From: Candidatus Omnitrophota bacterium
Lineage (GTDB): Bacteria; Omnitrophota; Gorgyraeia; Tantalellales; Tantalellaceae
Reading direction: 5' to 3'
NCBI GenBank assembly: GCA_015231405.1
Contig: JADGBR010000004.1
Coordinates: forward strand, 64,189 to 128,188
Length of the DNA: 64,000 nt
Positions 53,233-61,630 of this stretch are shown in pieces. The position numbers were made by a program, and so were the translations under genes. A model generated the notes under the pieces. That model ran no database searches, was not told the DNA's origin, and saw only the letters and a program-made list of their open reading frames with translations. How positions within the stretch are numbered: the stretch's first letter is position 1; every line of letters starts with the position of its first letter.

Positions 53233-54894
53233 TCATAAATATCCCAGGCTTTTTATCTTCTCCGTGTCGGCGTCATCGCCTTTCCGGGATATCCTTTTGA
53301 TCAAAACTCCGGACATCGACCTGAAATATCCTTCCATCCGCTTAAGAAGCTTTTCGTATATCGTGGAATACGCGGCATTCGCGGCCAGGTCCTGTTGCTC
53401 CAGCGGGTCGGCGGCAAGGTCGTACAGTTCAGGTCTCACGGACTTAAGCTCTTCCCTCGTAATGATGAGCTTGAACCCGTCCTCGACGAGCGCAGCGTGG
53501 TTGAATGCCTGAACGAAAAATATGTAGTCTTTCGGAGGCCTCGCGCCGTTCTTATCGCCGTTATCGCCCGGTTTTCTCAGCCTCAGCCCGTCGGAAGTAT
53601 GAGAAAAAACAAAATACGCCCCCGGCAAAACTATCTTACTTCCGGTCTTTATCATGTTCCAGTAAGAGATCCCGTCGATCTTCACTCCCAGCTCTATGCC
53701 AAGATACTCGAGAAGCGTCGGCATTATATCCGCCCCGGTTATCCCTGGAATTATCCGTTTCTGAGAAACACCCGGAAATTTCATGATAAGAGGGACATCG
53801 AGTGAGGCGTTGTACAGATATTTGTGATGCCCGAAATAGTTCGCTTTCTCGTAAAGGATCTCTCCATGGTCCGAGGTTATTATGATAGCGGTATTGTCGT
53901 AGAGCCCTTTTTCCTTAAGTTTGTCTGTCACTTTCCCGACGAGATCGTCGGCGAACGCTATTTCGCCGTCATAGGCGTTACGCATGGCTTTCACTTTATT
54001 TTCGGGGATCCCCTCTCCCGAAAAAGTAAGCTCCTCCTTCGCCAAGGCTTCGGAGGACAGGCCCTCCTTCGCCAAGGCTTCGGAGGACAGGCTCTCCTTC
54101 GCCAAGGCTTCGGAGGACAGGCTCTCCTCGTCATTCTTCTCTTCTTTAATATGTGTCTTATAATCCGGGTCGAACTCTAGTCCAAACTTCTCGGGAGGGT
54201 CATAAGGAAGATGCGGGTCGTAAAGGTGCAGCCACATGAAGAATTTCTTATCGCCGTTACCGTCAAGCCATCCCAGCGCCTCGCCGGTTGTTATATCCCC
54301 TGTTCTAAATAGCTGTTTATCTTCGGCGTCGAGATCGGAAAACGCGTCAAATCCCTGGCTGAAACCATTAGCGGCCCCCACGAGCCTTGTGCTCACAAAA
54401 CCCGCGGTAACATAGCCGTTACGTTTCATGACCTCGGCCAGCGTGGTGAATTTGTTATCCAAGCTATAAGCGTTCCGGTAGACAAGGTGCGACGCGGGAT
54501 AAAGTCCGGTCATTATCGTGCTATGCGAAGGAGTTGTCATGGGGATCGTTGTTATCGCCCCGTCAAAGACCACCGACTCAGCGGCTATCTTATCAATGTT
54601 CGGCGTCGTCCCGCGCCCGTACCCATAACACCCGAAACGGTCCTTTCTGGCAGTATCAATGACCACCAGAAGAACGTTAGGCCTGTCCTCCGAAGCCTCG
54701 GCGAAGGAGGGCCTGTCCTCCGAAGCCTCGGCGAAGGAGGGCCTGTCCTCCGAAGCCTCGCTTGTCCCGGGGGAAACCGGTGGGGCGAAGGAGGACCTGT
54801 CCTCTTCCGATATCGCCCAGCGCCAGTTAATAAACATCATTAACGCCAGAAAGATACCGGGTAATATGGAAAATCGACTTTTTCTCATGATCAT
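53233..54894 (-). CDS. Sulfatase-like (alkaline phosphatase superfamily) protein with signal/anchor sequence and two repeat-derived inserts
   Basis: PNVLLVVIDTAR.D, TPNID, TTPSHSTIMTG, HLYDPHLPY, YDGEI, TSDHGE, ELYDLAADP.E, KSLGYL. Confidence 0.88.
   Translation of the reverse strand: MIMRKSRFSILPGIFLALMMFINWRWAISEEDRSSFAPPVSPGTSEASEDRPSFAEASEDRPSFAEASEDRPNVLLVVIDTARKDRFGCYGYGRGTTPNIDKIAAESVVFDGAITTIPMTTPSHSTIMTGLYPASHLVYRNAYSLDNKFTTLAEVMKRNGYVTAGFVSTRLVGAANGFSQGFDAFSDLDAEDKQLFRTGDITTGEALGWLDGNGDKKFFMWLHLYDPHLPYDPPEKFGLEFDPDYKTHIKEEKNDEESLSSEALAKESLSSEALAKEGLSSEALAKEELTFSGEGIPENKVKAMRNAYDGEIAFADDLVGKVTDKLKEKGLYDNTAIIITSDHGEILYEKANYFGHHKYLYNASLDVPLIMKFPGVSQKRIIPGITGADIMPTLLEYLGIELGVKIDGISYWNMIKTGSKIVLPGAYFVFSHTSDGLRLRKPGDNGDKNGARPPKDYIFFVQAFNHAALVEDGFKLIITREELKSVRPELYDLAADPLEQQDLAANAAYSTIYEKLLKRMEGYFRSMSGVLIKRISRKGDDADTEKIKSLGYL
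54031..54128. repeat. Tandem array of three 30-bp palindromic units, in frame (encodes LSSEALAKE[S/G/E])
   Basis: ctccttcgccaaggcttcggaggacag repeated with a 30-bp period. Confidence 0.95.
54681..54804. repeat. Tandem array of three copies of the same 30-bp unit in the opposite orientation, in frame (encodes PSFAEASEDR); one unit has a 24-bp insert
   Basis: gcctgtcctccgaagcctcggcgaaggagg; its reverse complement matches the 54031 array unit at 29/30 nt. Confidence 0.95.
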
Positions 54895-55004
54895 CTACGA
54901 GTATATCCTTTCGACCCTAAAAATGGAAGAAGTTTGACTATTTTTGGATATGATAAGCCTAAAAGTGGTATAATATATGCGGCATCACAAAATGCCTCAA
55001 AAAA

Positions 55005-55364
55005 ATGTTCACCATATTGGTAGTTGACGATAACGAGGGTATGTGCGAAACGCTCGGTGATATATTTACCTCCGAGGGGTTTAAGGTCAAGACGGCCCTC
55101 TCCGGGTTAGAAGCACTTAAACTCGCCGACGAGAATAAGTTCGACATTCTCCTCACTGACCTTGTCATGGACGGAATGGACGGGGTGGAGACCTTGAAGA
55201 AAATGAAAAAGACCAGCCCGCAAACTCTGCTTTTCGCGATGACAGCCTACCGCGCCGATAACCGCGTAAAAGAAGCCATGAAGAACGGCGCGAGACAGGT
55301 TTTCGAGAAGCCTTTCGAGATAGCGCTTGTAGTGAACGTGTTCAAAAGATCCATGGCAGAATAG
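55005..55364 (+). CDS. Single-domain response regulator (receiver)
   Basis: ILVVDD, LTDLVMDGMDG, MTAY, EKPF. Confidence 0.92.
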   Translation: MFTILVVDDNEGMCETLGDIFTSEGFKVKTALSGLEALKLADENKFDILLTDLVMDGMDGVETLKKMKKTSPQTLLFAMTAYRADNRVKEAMKNGARQVFEKPFEIALVVNVFKRSMAE

Positions 55365-55394
55365 AACGATCAGACTGTGGCATGATCCGTAAAA

Positions 55395-56327
55395 TTACCG
55401 GGACACGATCTGACTGATTTTCCTGATGATCCCTCCGTAATTCTCGTCGTCGCTGGCTATGAATATTTCCGTATCGTTTCCCGACGCGCCCCGGGCGGCG
55501 ATCCCTTCGACCTTCACGCCGTCAAGCGCGGCTATCCGTTCGGGTCCTTTAAAAAGCGCGACCGGTCCCGCCGGGCCCCGGGCATCCACTTTACCTATCC
55601 TGTATACCGCGCCCCGGAACGGGCCGTTATCGTCGCCTGTATCCTCGGTCGAGGCGGCGTAAATAAATCCTTCCGGATCGATCCCCAGTTCGCTTACGGC
55701 CCTCGAGTACACCCCATTAGGCCAGGGACACGTAAATATCCCTGCCGGCTTGAATTCCCCGAATTTCAGTTCATGAGGGTCAAATTCGGAATAACGTATC
55801 TCGGAAAAGCCCTTTCCATCTGCGCGCTCGGCGTAAATGAAAATGTATTTGTCTCCTGATCGAGCAACAGCCGTGCCCTCCACGTTCTCTATAGGCTCGG
55901 GCCACTTGACCGTCTTAAGTATCTTTACCTTTTTCCCTACCGGCTTAGCCAGGAATATCCTCCCGGCAAAAGGTTTTTTTCCGGGAAAGAAAGAGCTCTC
56001 GCATAAAAGGTAAAGGTCCGTACCGGGAACCCGGGCGACGCTTTCAAGGTCGCTGCTTTTTTCTTCCGGGAAATCGACCTCGAGCGGAGTAAAAAGTATC
56101 CCCCCGGTTCCTTCCGGCAGTCTGATAAGACTTACGCGAACGCCCTTTTTATCATTAGGGAATTTAGCGTCGTGCACCGCCAGAAAAGTATCCCCAAAAA
56201 CCCACGCCAGCCCGCTTACAGCCGGCAACCCGGCAAACTTTTCCCCATGATGAATATCCTTAGCCTCTCCCGCCAGAACAAACAACATAAACCCCGAAAA
56301 TATCACCACCCAAACCATTCCCTTCAT
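55395..56327 (-). CDS. Secreted hypothetical protein, probable beta-propeller (phytase-like)
   Basis: Signal peptide; VSGLA, DLESVA, NVEGTA, KVEGIA, IASDDE blade-like motifs. Confidence 0.6.
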   Translation of the reverse strand: MKGMVWVVIFSGFMLFVLAGEAKDIHHGEKFAGLPAVSGLAWVFGDTFLAVHDAKFPNDKKGVRVSLIRLPEGTGGILFTPLEVDFPEEKSSDLESVARVPGTDLYLLCESSFFPGKKPFAGRIFLAKPVGKKVKILKTVKWPEPIENVEGTAVARSGDKYIFIYAERADGKGFSEIRYSEFDPHELKFGEFKPAGIFTCPWPNGVYSRAVSELGIDPEGFIYAASTEDTGDDNGPFRGAVYRIGKVDARGPAGPVALFKGPERIAALDGVKVEGIAARGASGNDTEIFIASDDENYGGIIRKISQIVSR

Positions 56328-56373
56328 CCCCCACCCCCCAACTAACCCCGAATCACGAACCCCGAACCCCTCG

Positions 56374-59118
56374 CTACTTCCACGTCCGAACCCTCTCGCT
56401 CCGCCTCGCGAAAGCCGACGACATCGCGCGTCCCCTGGCCCTTAAGAGCATCCTCCTGCCTCCAGCCGTCCTCGTGTATATGAGTTTTGACGGCCCGACA
56501 TACTTCGACCACATCTTCGAGAAATATTCGGCGCTCTCCTTTTTTTTCGCTATGATCTCCGGAACGACATGGTAATCTTTTCTAGTCATTTTCCAGAAAG
56601 GGCTTTTCCGGATGAGAATGTACCGGGGGTTACCTATCGGCCCGAGTATTTCCTCGAGCGAATCGAGAAATAATGACTTTTCATATGTCGTAGCGCCCCC
56701 AAGTGAACATCTCACCACGCCGATCTTATCGCGTTCGGATCGCACGGAGAGCCTCGCGACAGGCGTTTTGATGAAGCCCGTGTAAAAAAGCGTCCTCACG
56801 ACAGCTTCCCCGACCTCCCGCACGCTCGACTCTATCGGTCCGTGTTTCACGAATAAATAAAGCGCCTTAAGGCATTTAGGCAAAGCGACGACACCGGCTA
56901 TGAGAAAAATAAGTGACAGGGTCACCGCGTATTCCCTCGCCGACATTGACCGGACGGATGAATTCTTTTCAAGAGCCTGGGATAATTCGGAAATTGCATA
57001 CCCTCCCCAGAACAACCCCTGCCAGAAAAGCGCGAGTATGGTATTCCGAAAAACCAGCGCACGCGGCAAAAAGATCGCCGGACTCCTGACCTCCTCGACC
57101 ATCTCATCCTTCTTATCGCCGATCTTTAGGGCTTTCATCCAGAGATCGTAAAGCCCCTTCCGGTCGGCCCCCTTCTCCATCATAGCCCTGTTTATTTCGC
57201 TGATACCTTCTTTCCAGAAAGGAGGGGTACCTATACCCAGACGGCTGAACCCGTTCTCGATAACGGGTTCCTTGAAAGACACTCCCACGAAAGCCTTGAA
57301 CCTCCGTTTGAGCAGATCAAGGTCGTCGTTATTCCCCGCCTTTCCTTCCTCAACGCAAACGAGATGCCAGACATTAGCCGTTTTACCCGGGTTCCCCTCC
57401 TGTGTGCGGATGGCCCTGCCCCGCATCTGATTAGAAAGGACAAAAGACCCCACAAAGCTGGCGAGGACAAGCGAATTGATCGACGGCGCGTCCCAGCCTT
57501 CACCTAAAAGGGATTTTGTCCCGACAAGCACCGTTATCCCGCCCTTATCGAAAAGCCTGGTTATGAGCCGCACAATTTTCTCGCCGTCCGAGCCGGATAT
57601 TTCAACGTAACAATACTCTTCGTCATGGGCAAGAACCGGCGTCTTTATGGCTGGCCCGGATATACCCGTCTCTTGAGCGATATCCAGAAGCCTCTTAACC
57701 GAAGACGACGGTATGACCACCATGGATCCGGTAAGGATCCCGAGTTTGATCTCGCCCGCGCGCGACCGCCGTATCTGCTCAAAAATAGGGACAATTCCCA
57801 TTTTATTGAGCTCTGGCGTGTCACCGCTCGAAGCCGGCATAAAAGACTTCCTTATATGATCGGTAAGTATGACCATCCGAAGATCGAGCTTAAGGGACAC
57901 ACTCTCGAATTTCACGATCTCCCCTATGCTTTTAAGCTTGGACATGCTTCTGACCAGAAGTTTCTGTATGTTATCGGTCCCGGAAAGTTTAACTTTTTTC
58001 CTTTCGACGGCGCCGATACGTTTAAGGTCATTCTCGATGCCTAGAAGAACGGATGACCCGTTCCCGAAATCGTCCGCATGGGAATAAAAACATCCTCCCA
58101 GCAGGATCTCCAGTATCTCGCTCCCCAGGTTCGGCAGGTCCTTAGTCTTTATGCCGATAGCCCTTAGAACAGCTTCCGGATATTTTTTCCCCGTTCTGTA
58201 TAGGAAGGTAACGATCGAGGAAAAGAAAGCCGGATCATCCAGTATTTTCTCGATATTCCCGCCAGGGTCCTTGCAGGCGGGATGCGCTAGGAGGACATCG
58301 GCGAATTTCTCGTCGGACGATATCCTCTTTATGGCGTCGTCCACGCCGGCGCGGAATTTTCTTATCTCGGCGCTTTCCTTTTCGAGCGGCAGGGATACGT
58401 AAACGTAGTCCTGGTGAGGGCAAAGATTCTTCTCAAGGACAAGTTCCGGTACCGAGATCTCGGAATCCACGGTGCCGCACAGTTCTGTATACCTTTCCCA
58501 TTCCGTTGCTGGGACATCGTAAGGCGGTGTGGCGGTCAAGGCGACTATCGTAGGATATCCCAGGGTTTCTTTGATATAAATGAGGGCTTTCCACCATTCG
58601 CTTCTCAAATGATGGGCCTCGTCGACGATCATGGTCTTTATGCCGGCTTCTTTGAGCGCGGATATGAGAGCCTCTTTCGGGTCGGCGGGAGCGTCCTCCC
58701 CATTCTTATCGTCATCGTCGCCTCGGGATGTTTCTTCTTCCTCGTCCTCGACATCACCCTCTTTTTCCTCGACTCCCTTAAAAGCGCTATAAAGCCCCTG
58801 ATATGTGGACACCGTCATTAATTTCGGGCTTTTGATATTCTTTGAGATAAGCCCCTTCATGCTCTCGTCGCCGGAACAAAATAGTTCGATGAACCGGTCC
58901 GACCACTGGTCCCTGATGGCCAAAGTCGGCGCGAATATGAGGGCCGGTCCGCCGAGTGTGAGCATCACCTCAAGCCCGAGGACCGTCTTACCGGACCCCG
59001 GAGCGGCTATCACGTGCAGGTGCCCGTCGTCCAGATGTTCTTCCAGCTCGGAGAGCACTCTCTCCTGATACGGCCTCCACTTCCGGCTGAATTTAACGTT
59101 TTCGGGGAATTTTTTCAT
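56374..59118 (-). CDS. SF2 DEAD/DEAH-box helicase (type III restriction Res-like) with two C-terminal TM segments
   Basis: WRPYQ, APGSGKT, VDEAHH, LTATP, LLGEGWD.P, QMRGRAIR; hydrophobic ILALFWQGLFWGG and AVTLSLIFLIAGVVAL. Start inferred at ATG 59118. Confidence 0.85.
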   Translation of the reverse strand: MKKFPENVKFSRKWRPYQERVLSELEEHLDDGHLHVIAAPGSGKTVLGLEVMLTLGGPALIFAPTLAIRDQWSDRFIELFCSGDESMKGLISKNIKSPKLMTVSTYQGLYSAFKGVEEKEGDVEDEEEETSRGDDDDKNGEDAPADPKEALISALKEAGIKTMIVDEAHHLRSEWWKALIYIKETLGYPTIVALTATPPYDVPATEWERYTELCGTVDSEISVPELVLEKNLCPHQDYVYVSLPLEKESAEIRKFRAGVDDAIKRISSDEKFADVLLAHPACKDPGGNIEKILDDPAFFSSIVTFLYRTGKKYPEAVLRAIGIKTKDLPNLGSEILEILLGGCFYSHADDFGNGSSVLLGIENDLKRIGAVERKKVKLSGTDNIQKLLVRSMSKLKSIGEIVKFESVSLKLDLRMVILTDHIRKSFMPASSGDTPELNKMGIVPIFEQIRRSRAGEIKLGILTGSMVVIPSSSVKRLLDIAQETGISGPAIKTPVLAHDEEYCYVEISGSDGEKIVRLITRLFDKGGITVLVGTKSLLGEGWDAPSINSLVLASFVGSFVLSNQMRGRAIRTQEGNPGKTANVWHLVCVEEGKAGNNDDLDLLKRRFKAFVGVSFKEPVIENGFSRLGIGTPPFWKEGISEINRAMMEKGADRKGLYDLWMKALKIGDKKDEMVEEVRSPAIFLPRALVFRNTILALFWQGLFWGGYAISELSQALEKNSSVRSMSAREYAVTLSLIFLIAGVVALPKCLKALYLFVKHGPIESSVREVGEAVVRTLFYTGFIKTPVARLSVRSERDKIGVVRCSLGGATTYEKSLFLDSLEEILGPIGNPRYILIRKSPFWKMTRKDYHVVPEIIAKKKESAEYFSKMWSKYVGPSKLIYTRTAGGRRMLLRARGRAMSSAFARRSERVRTWK

Positions 59119-59140
59119 ATATCCACAGGGGTCATACGGC

Positions 59141-59473
59141 TTATGTCCCTTTTCTGGCGGCGTAAGCAAAATGGTCAAAGTATTTCCGCCAAAGGCTTTC
59201 CGTAGAAGAGAACTCGTTCGATCCGAAAAAATAATCCACGACCGCCTCTCTCACTCGAGCGATCTCCCTGATACGCGGAAAATACCTTGACGATTCCAGG
59301 CTCAGGTCCAAAAGCTCAAGGGCTCTGGTAACGGCTTTTTGGCTGAGCTCTTTATTCCCTTTCTTTTCCCAATTGAGCGCGCGGCTTATCTCACTGCCGA
59401 TATTCGCCATTTGAACCGAGATAGAAAGCTCCGCCCATCGCCCCAGAGCCAGATCTTTATGCTGATACTTCAT
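59141..59473 (-). CDS. Small helical hypothetical protein (partner of DUF5674)
   Basis: 110 aa; RW..LS..QMANIGSEISRA, RALELLD, EIARVRE; translationally coupled (ATGA) to the upstream gene. Confidence 0.75.
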   Translation of the reverse strand: MKYQHKDLALGRWAELSISVQMANIGSEISRALNWEKKGNKELSQKAVTRALELLDLSLESSRYFPRIREIARVREAVVDYFFGSNEFSSTESLWRKYFDHFAYAARKGT

Positions 59474-59811
59474 CTCTCAACCCATTTCGCGACGACCGAA
59501 ATGATCTTCCGGCGAACTGATCCGTCTTTGACCCACCTCGACATATTCCCTTCCGAAGGGCGCAGATTTATCATCGAATCAATCTCAACAAAATCATCCC
59601 CTTCGACATCCGGATAAAAATTCACTCCCCAAAGATTCTTCCGCCGTGACCCATCAGCCAGAAGAAGAGCCTCCAGGTCCGAGTGCAGGTCGGCGTCAAC
59701 CGCCACCAGTTCCCTCTCAGTATCAACAACAGCTTTGACCATATCCCCGAACATATTAGCCGACATTATCTTAAGTTCATCAACACTGATCGGAATAGTC
59801 AATATTTTCAT
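59470..59811 (-). CDS. DUF5674 family protein
   Basis: VKAVVD, LHSDLE.LLL.DGS...LWG.N, DSMINLRP..GN.SR. Start inferred at ATG 59811 after GGGGGG. Confidence 0.78.
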   Translation of the reverse strand: MKILTIPISVDELKIMSANMFGDMVKAVVDTERELVAVDADLHSDLEALLLADGSRRKNLWGVNFYPDVEGDDFVEIDSMINLRPSEGNMSRWVKDGSVRRKIISVVAKWVER

Positions 59812-59846
59812 AGTCCCCCCCTTAAAGCTGCACGATCCCCCGATTT

Positions 59847-60650
59847 CTAGCTCAAAGTCTCGGCGCTGTACCTGGCCAATAGCCCGGTACGGAGCGCGTT
59901 TTTGTAAACCTTTACGAACACCCTGTACGCAAGGAACACGTACAATAACGACAGGCATACTCCGAATAACAGCGCCGTGCCGTCGGCCTTCCCCCCCGAA
60001 ACTATAGCTCTCAATCCTTCAAATACGTACGACGGCGGCAGTATCCATGAAACCGGACGCATCCATACCGGCAGCGTCGATACGGGATAAAGGACACCCG
60101 CGAACGGAGAAATAAGCGCGGGCAGAGGCCAGATGAACCATTCCGCGGCCGGGCCGAACTTGAGCACGATGGCGCTCCCGAGAACCCCTATCGAGATACC
60201 GAATAAAAATAGCACCAGGATAAAAGGGATAGCCATGAGCCCGTAGACAAGAACGGATAATTTGAACATGAAGCACGCGATAAAAAGCATGGCAACGATC
60301 CCTATCACGCTTGTCCCTACGCTTGAAAGGACGAGTCCGGCCACATATTCCGATATCTTGATCGGGGTAGCGAACACGTTGAGAAAATTCCTGGACCACA
60401 CATCCTCGAAGAACGCTATTGTGACACCCTGCATGATGCGTATGAAAAAATCCCATAGGAGCACAGCCCCGAGGAGCGCAGGAACGAAATTGAACCCCGG
60501 CGCCGCTACCGTATTCAGGTATCTGGTGAGAAACCCCCATAGCACCATATCGACCCCGGCCCACGCGAAGAGCGGGACCACGCGCGAAAAACTGCCCCTA
60601 ATGAGGTAGAACTGTCTTAGAAGTATCGCGTACACCCTTCCGAACGCCAT
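59847..60650 (-). CDS. ABC-2 type transporter permease
   Basis: Six TM helices, FFEDVWSRN...TP, YPVSTLP.W, LPPSYVFEG. Confidence 0.88.
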   Translation of the reverse strand: MAFGRVYAILLRQFYLIRGSFSRVVPLFAWAGVDMVLWGFLTRYLNTVAAPGFNFVPALLGAVLLWDFFIRIMQGVTIAFFEDVWSRNFLNVFATPIKISEYVAGLVLSSVGTSVIGIVAMLFIACFMFKLSVLVYGLMAIPFILVLFLFGISIGVLGSAIVLKFGPAAEWFIWPLPALISPFAGVLYPVSTLPVWMRPVSWILPPSYVFEGLRAIVSGGKADGTALLFGVCLSLLYVFLAYRVFVKVYKNALRTGLLARYSAETLS

Positions 60651-60654
60651 TTCT

Positions 60655-61395
60655 TTATACCTCCAGCGAAAGCGGCTCCCTCGCGACCGTTATGAAAAGC
60701 TCCTCGAGCGTCTTCTTACCATATTCCCCCGGCAATGTCCTGGGGTTACCTTCAAGGAGCGTACGCCCGCGGGAAAGGAAAATAACACGGTCGCAAACCT
60801 CCTCCACCTCGTACATATTGTGCGACGTCCATAGCACCGCTCCGCCCTTACGGGCCGCGAATTCCCGTATCTTGACCCGGATATCCCCGGCGGTAGCCGG
60901 ATCGAGCGACGCCGTGGGTTCGTCCAGAAGCAGTAGTTCCGGAAGGTTCAGCATAGCTTTCGCCAGACTCGCCCTGGTCTGCTCGCCGGAAGAAAGCACC
61001 CCGCATTTCTTTTTCCTGAACCGTTCGAGATCGAACTCGCTTATGACCTCGTCCACCCTATCTTTCAGCCTCTTCACCCCATACAAGAGACCGAACACCC
61101 TTAGATTCTCCTCGACCGTCAGGTTCCCGGGAAGCGGCGTATAAACCGCCGCGAAATTCGTCCGCGAAAGAGCGGTCGAACGCCCCGTGCGGAGGTCCGT
61201 ATCCCCCACGAAAACCGACCCGGTATCCGCATCGAGAACGCCGAGCACTATATTTATGGTAGTTGTCTTCCCGGCCCCGTTAGGGCCAAGGAGCCCGACT
61301 ATCTCGTTCTTTTTGACATCGAAAGAAACCCCGTCGACGGCGGGCGTTCCGCCGTAGGATTTCCGGAGGTCTCTTACTGAAAGAATGCTTACCAT
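60655..61395 (-). CDS. ABC transporter ATP-binding protein
   Basis: GPNGAGKTT, LSSGE, LDEPT, TSH. Confidence 0.92.
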   Translation of the reverse strand: MVSILSVRDLRKSYGGTPAVDGVSFDVKKNEIVGLLGPNGAGKTTTINIVLGVLDADTGSVFVGDTDLRTGRSTALSRTNFAAVYTPLPGNLTVEENLRVFGLLYGVKRLKDRVDEVISEFDLERFRKKKCGVLSSGEQTRASLAKAMLNLPELLLLDEPTASLDPATAGDIRVKIREFAARKGGAVLWTSHNMYEVEEVCDRVIFLSRGRTLLEGNPRTLPGEYGKKTLEELFITVAREPLSLEV

Positions 61396-61423
61396 TGAAG
61401 TTGATTATACCATATGCGTAGAT

Positions 61424-61451
61424 CGTTTAGCGATCAGCGTTTAGCGGTTAG
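61424..61451. repeat. 7-bp-unit array
   Basis: cgtttagcgatcagcgtttagcggttag is the exact 28-bp reverse complement of 52017-52044. Confidence 0.8.
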
Positions 61452-61457
61452 GGCTCC

Positions 61458-61485
61458 TTGACTATCGCCGGGGGTATGATATTAT
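61458..61485 (+). promoter_or_regulatory. Putative sigma70 promoter for rubrerythrin
   Basis: TTGACT-16 nt-TATTAT with an extended TG. Confidence 0.5.
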
Positions 61486-61597
61486 GAACCCGTACTACTC
61501 CACGGGTTGAAACCCGGGGTTTCCAGGTATGGGTTCATACTGAGGCGGCTTACATGTAACCCAGCCGTTAACGGCGGGGTTTAGCGCCGCCGAATGT
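61483..61597. other. Structured non-coding element (nested hairpins) upstream of rubrerythrin
   Basis: tatgaacccgtac pairs with gtatgggttcata around cgggttgaaacccg; followed by gccgttaacggc and ggcg-gggtttag-cgcc hairpins. Confidence 0.55.
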
Positions 61598-61630
61598 ATG
61601 GACCTACTAACAAAACAAGGAGGTACGGCA

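Noticed and set aside
54031-54804. 30-bp palindromic repeats as a CRISPR array
   Set aside because: Units are directly tandem without unique spacers (one 24-bp insert lies inside a unit), they are in frame in a CDS, and no cas genes are present.
56374-59118. Type III restriction-modification system
   Set aside because: No Mod methyltransferase is adjacent and no clear C-terminal nuclease motif was seen; the protein has TM segments instead.
61483-61597. tRNA or known riboswitch
   Set aside because: No cloverleaf or T-loop, and no aptamer consensus that I recognise.
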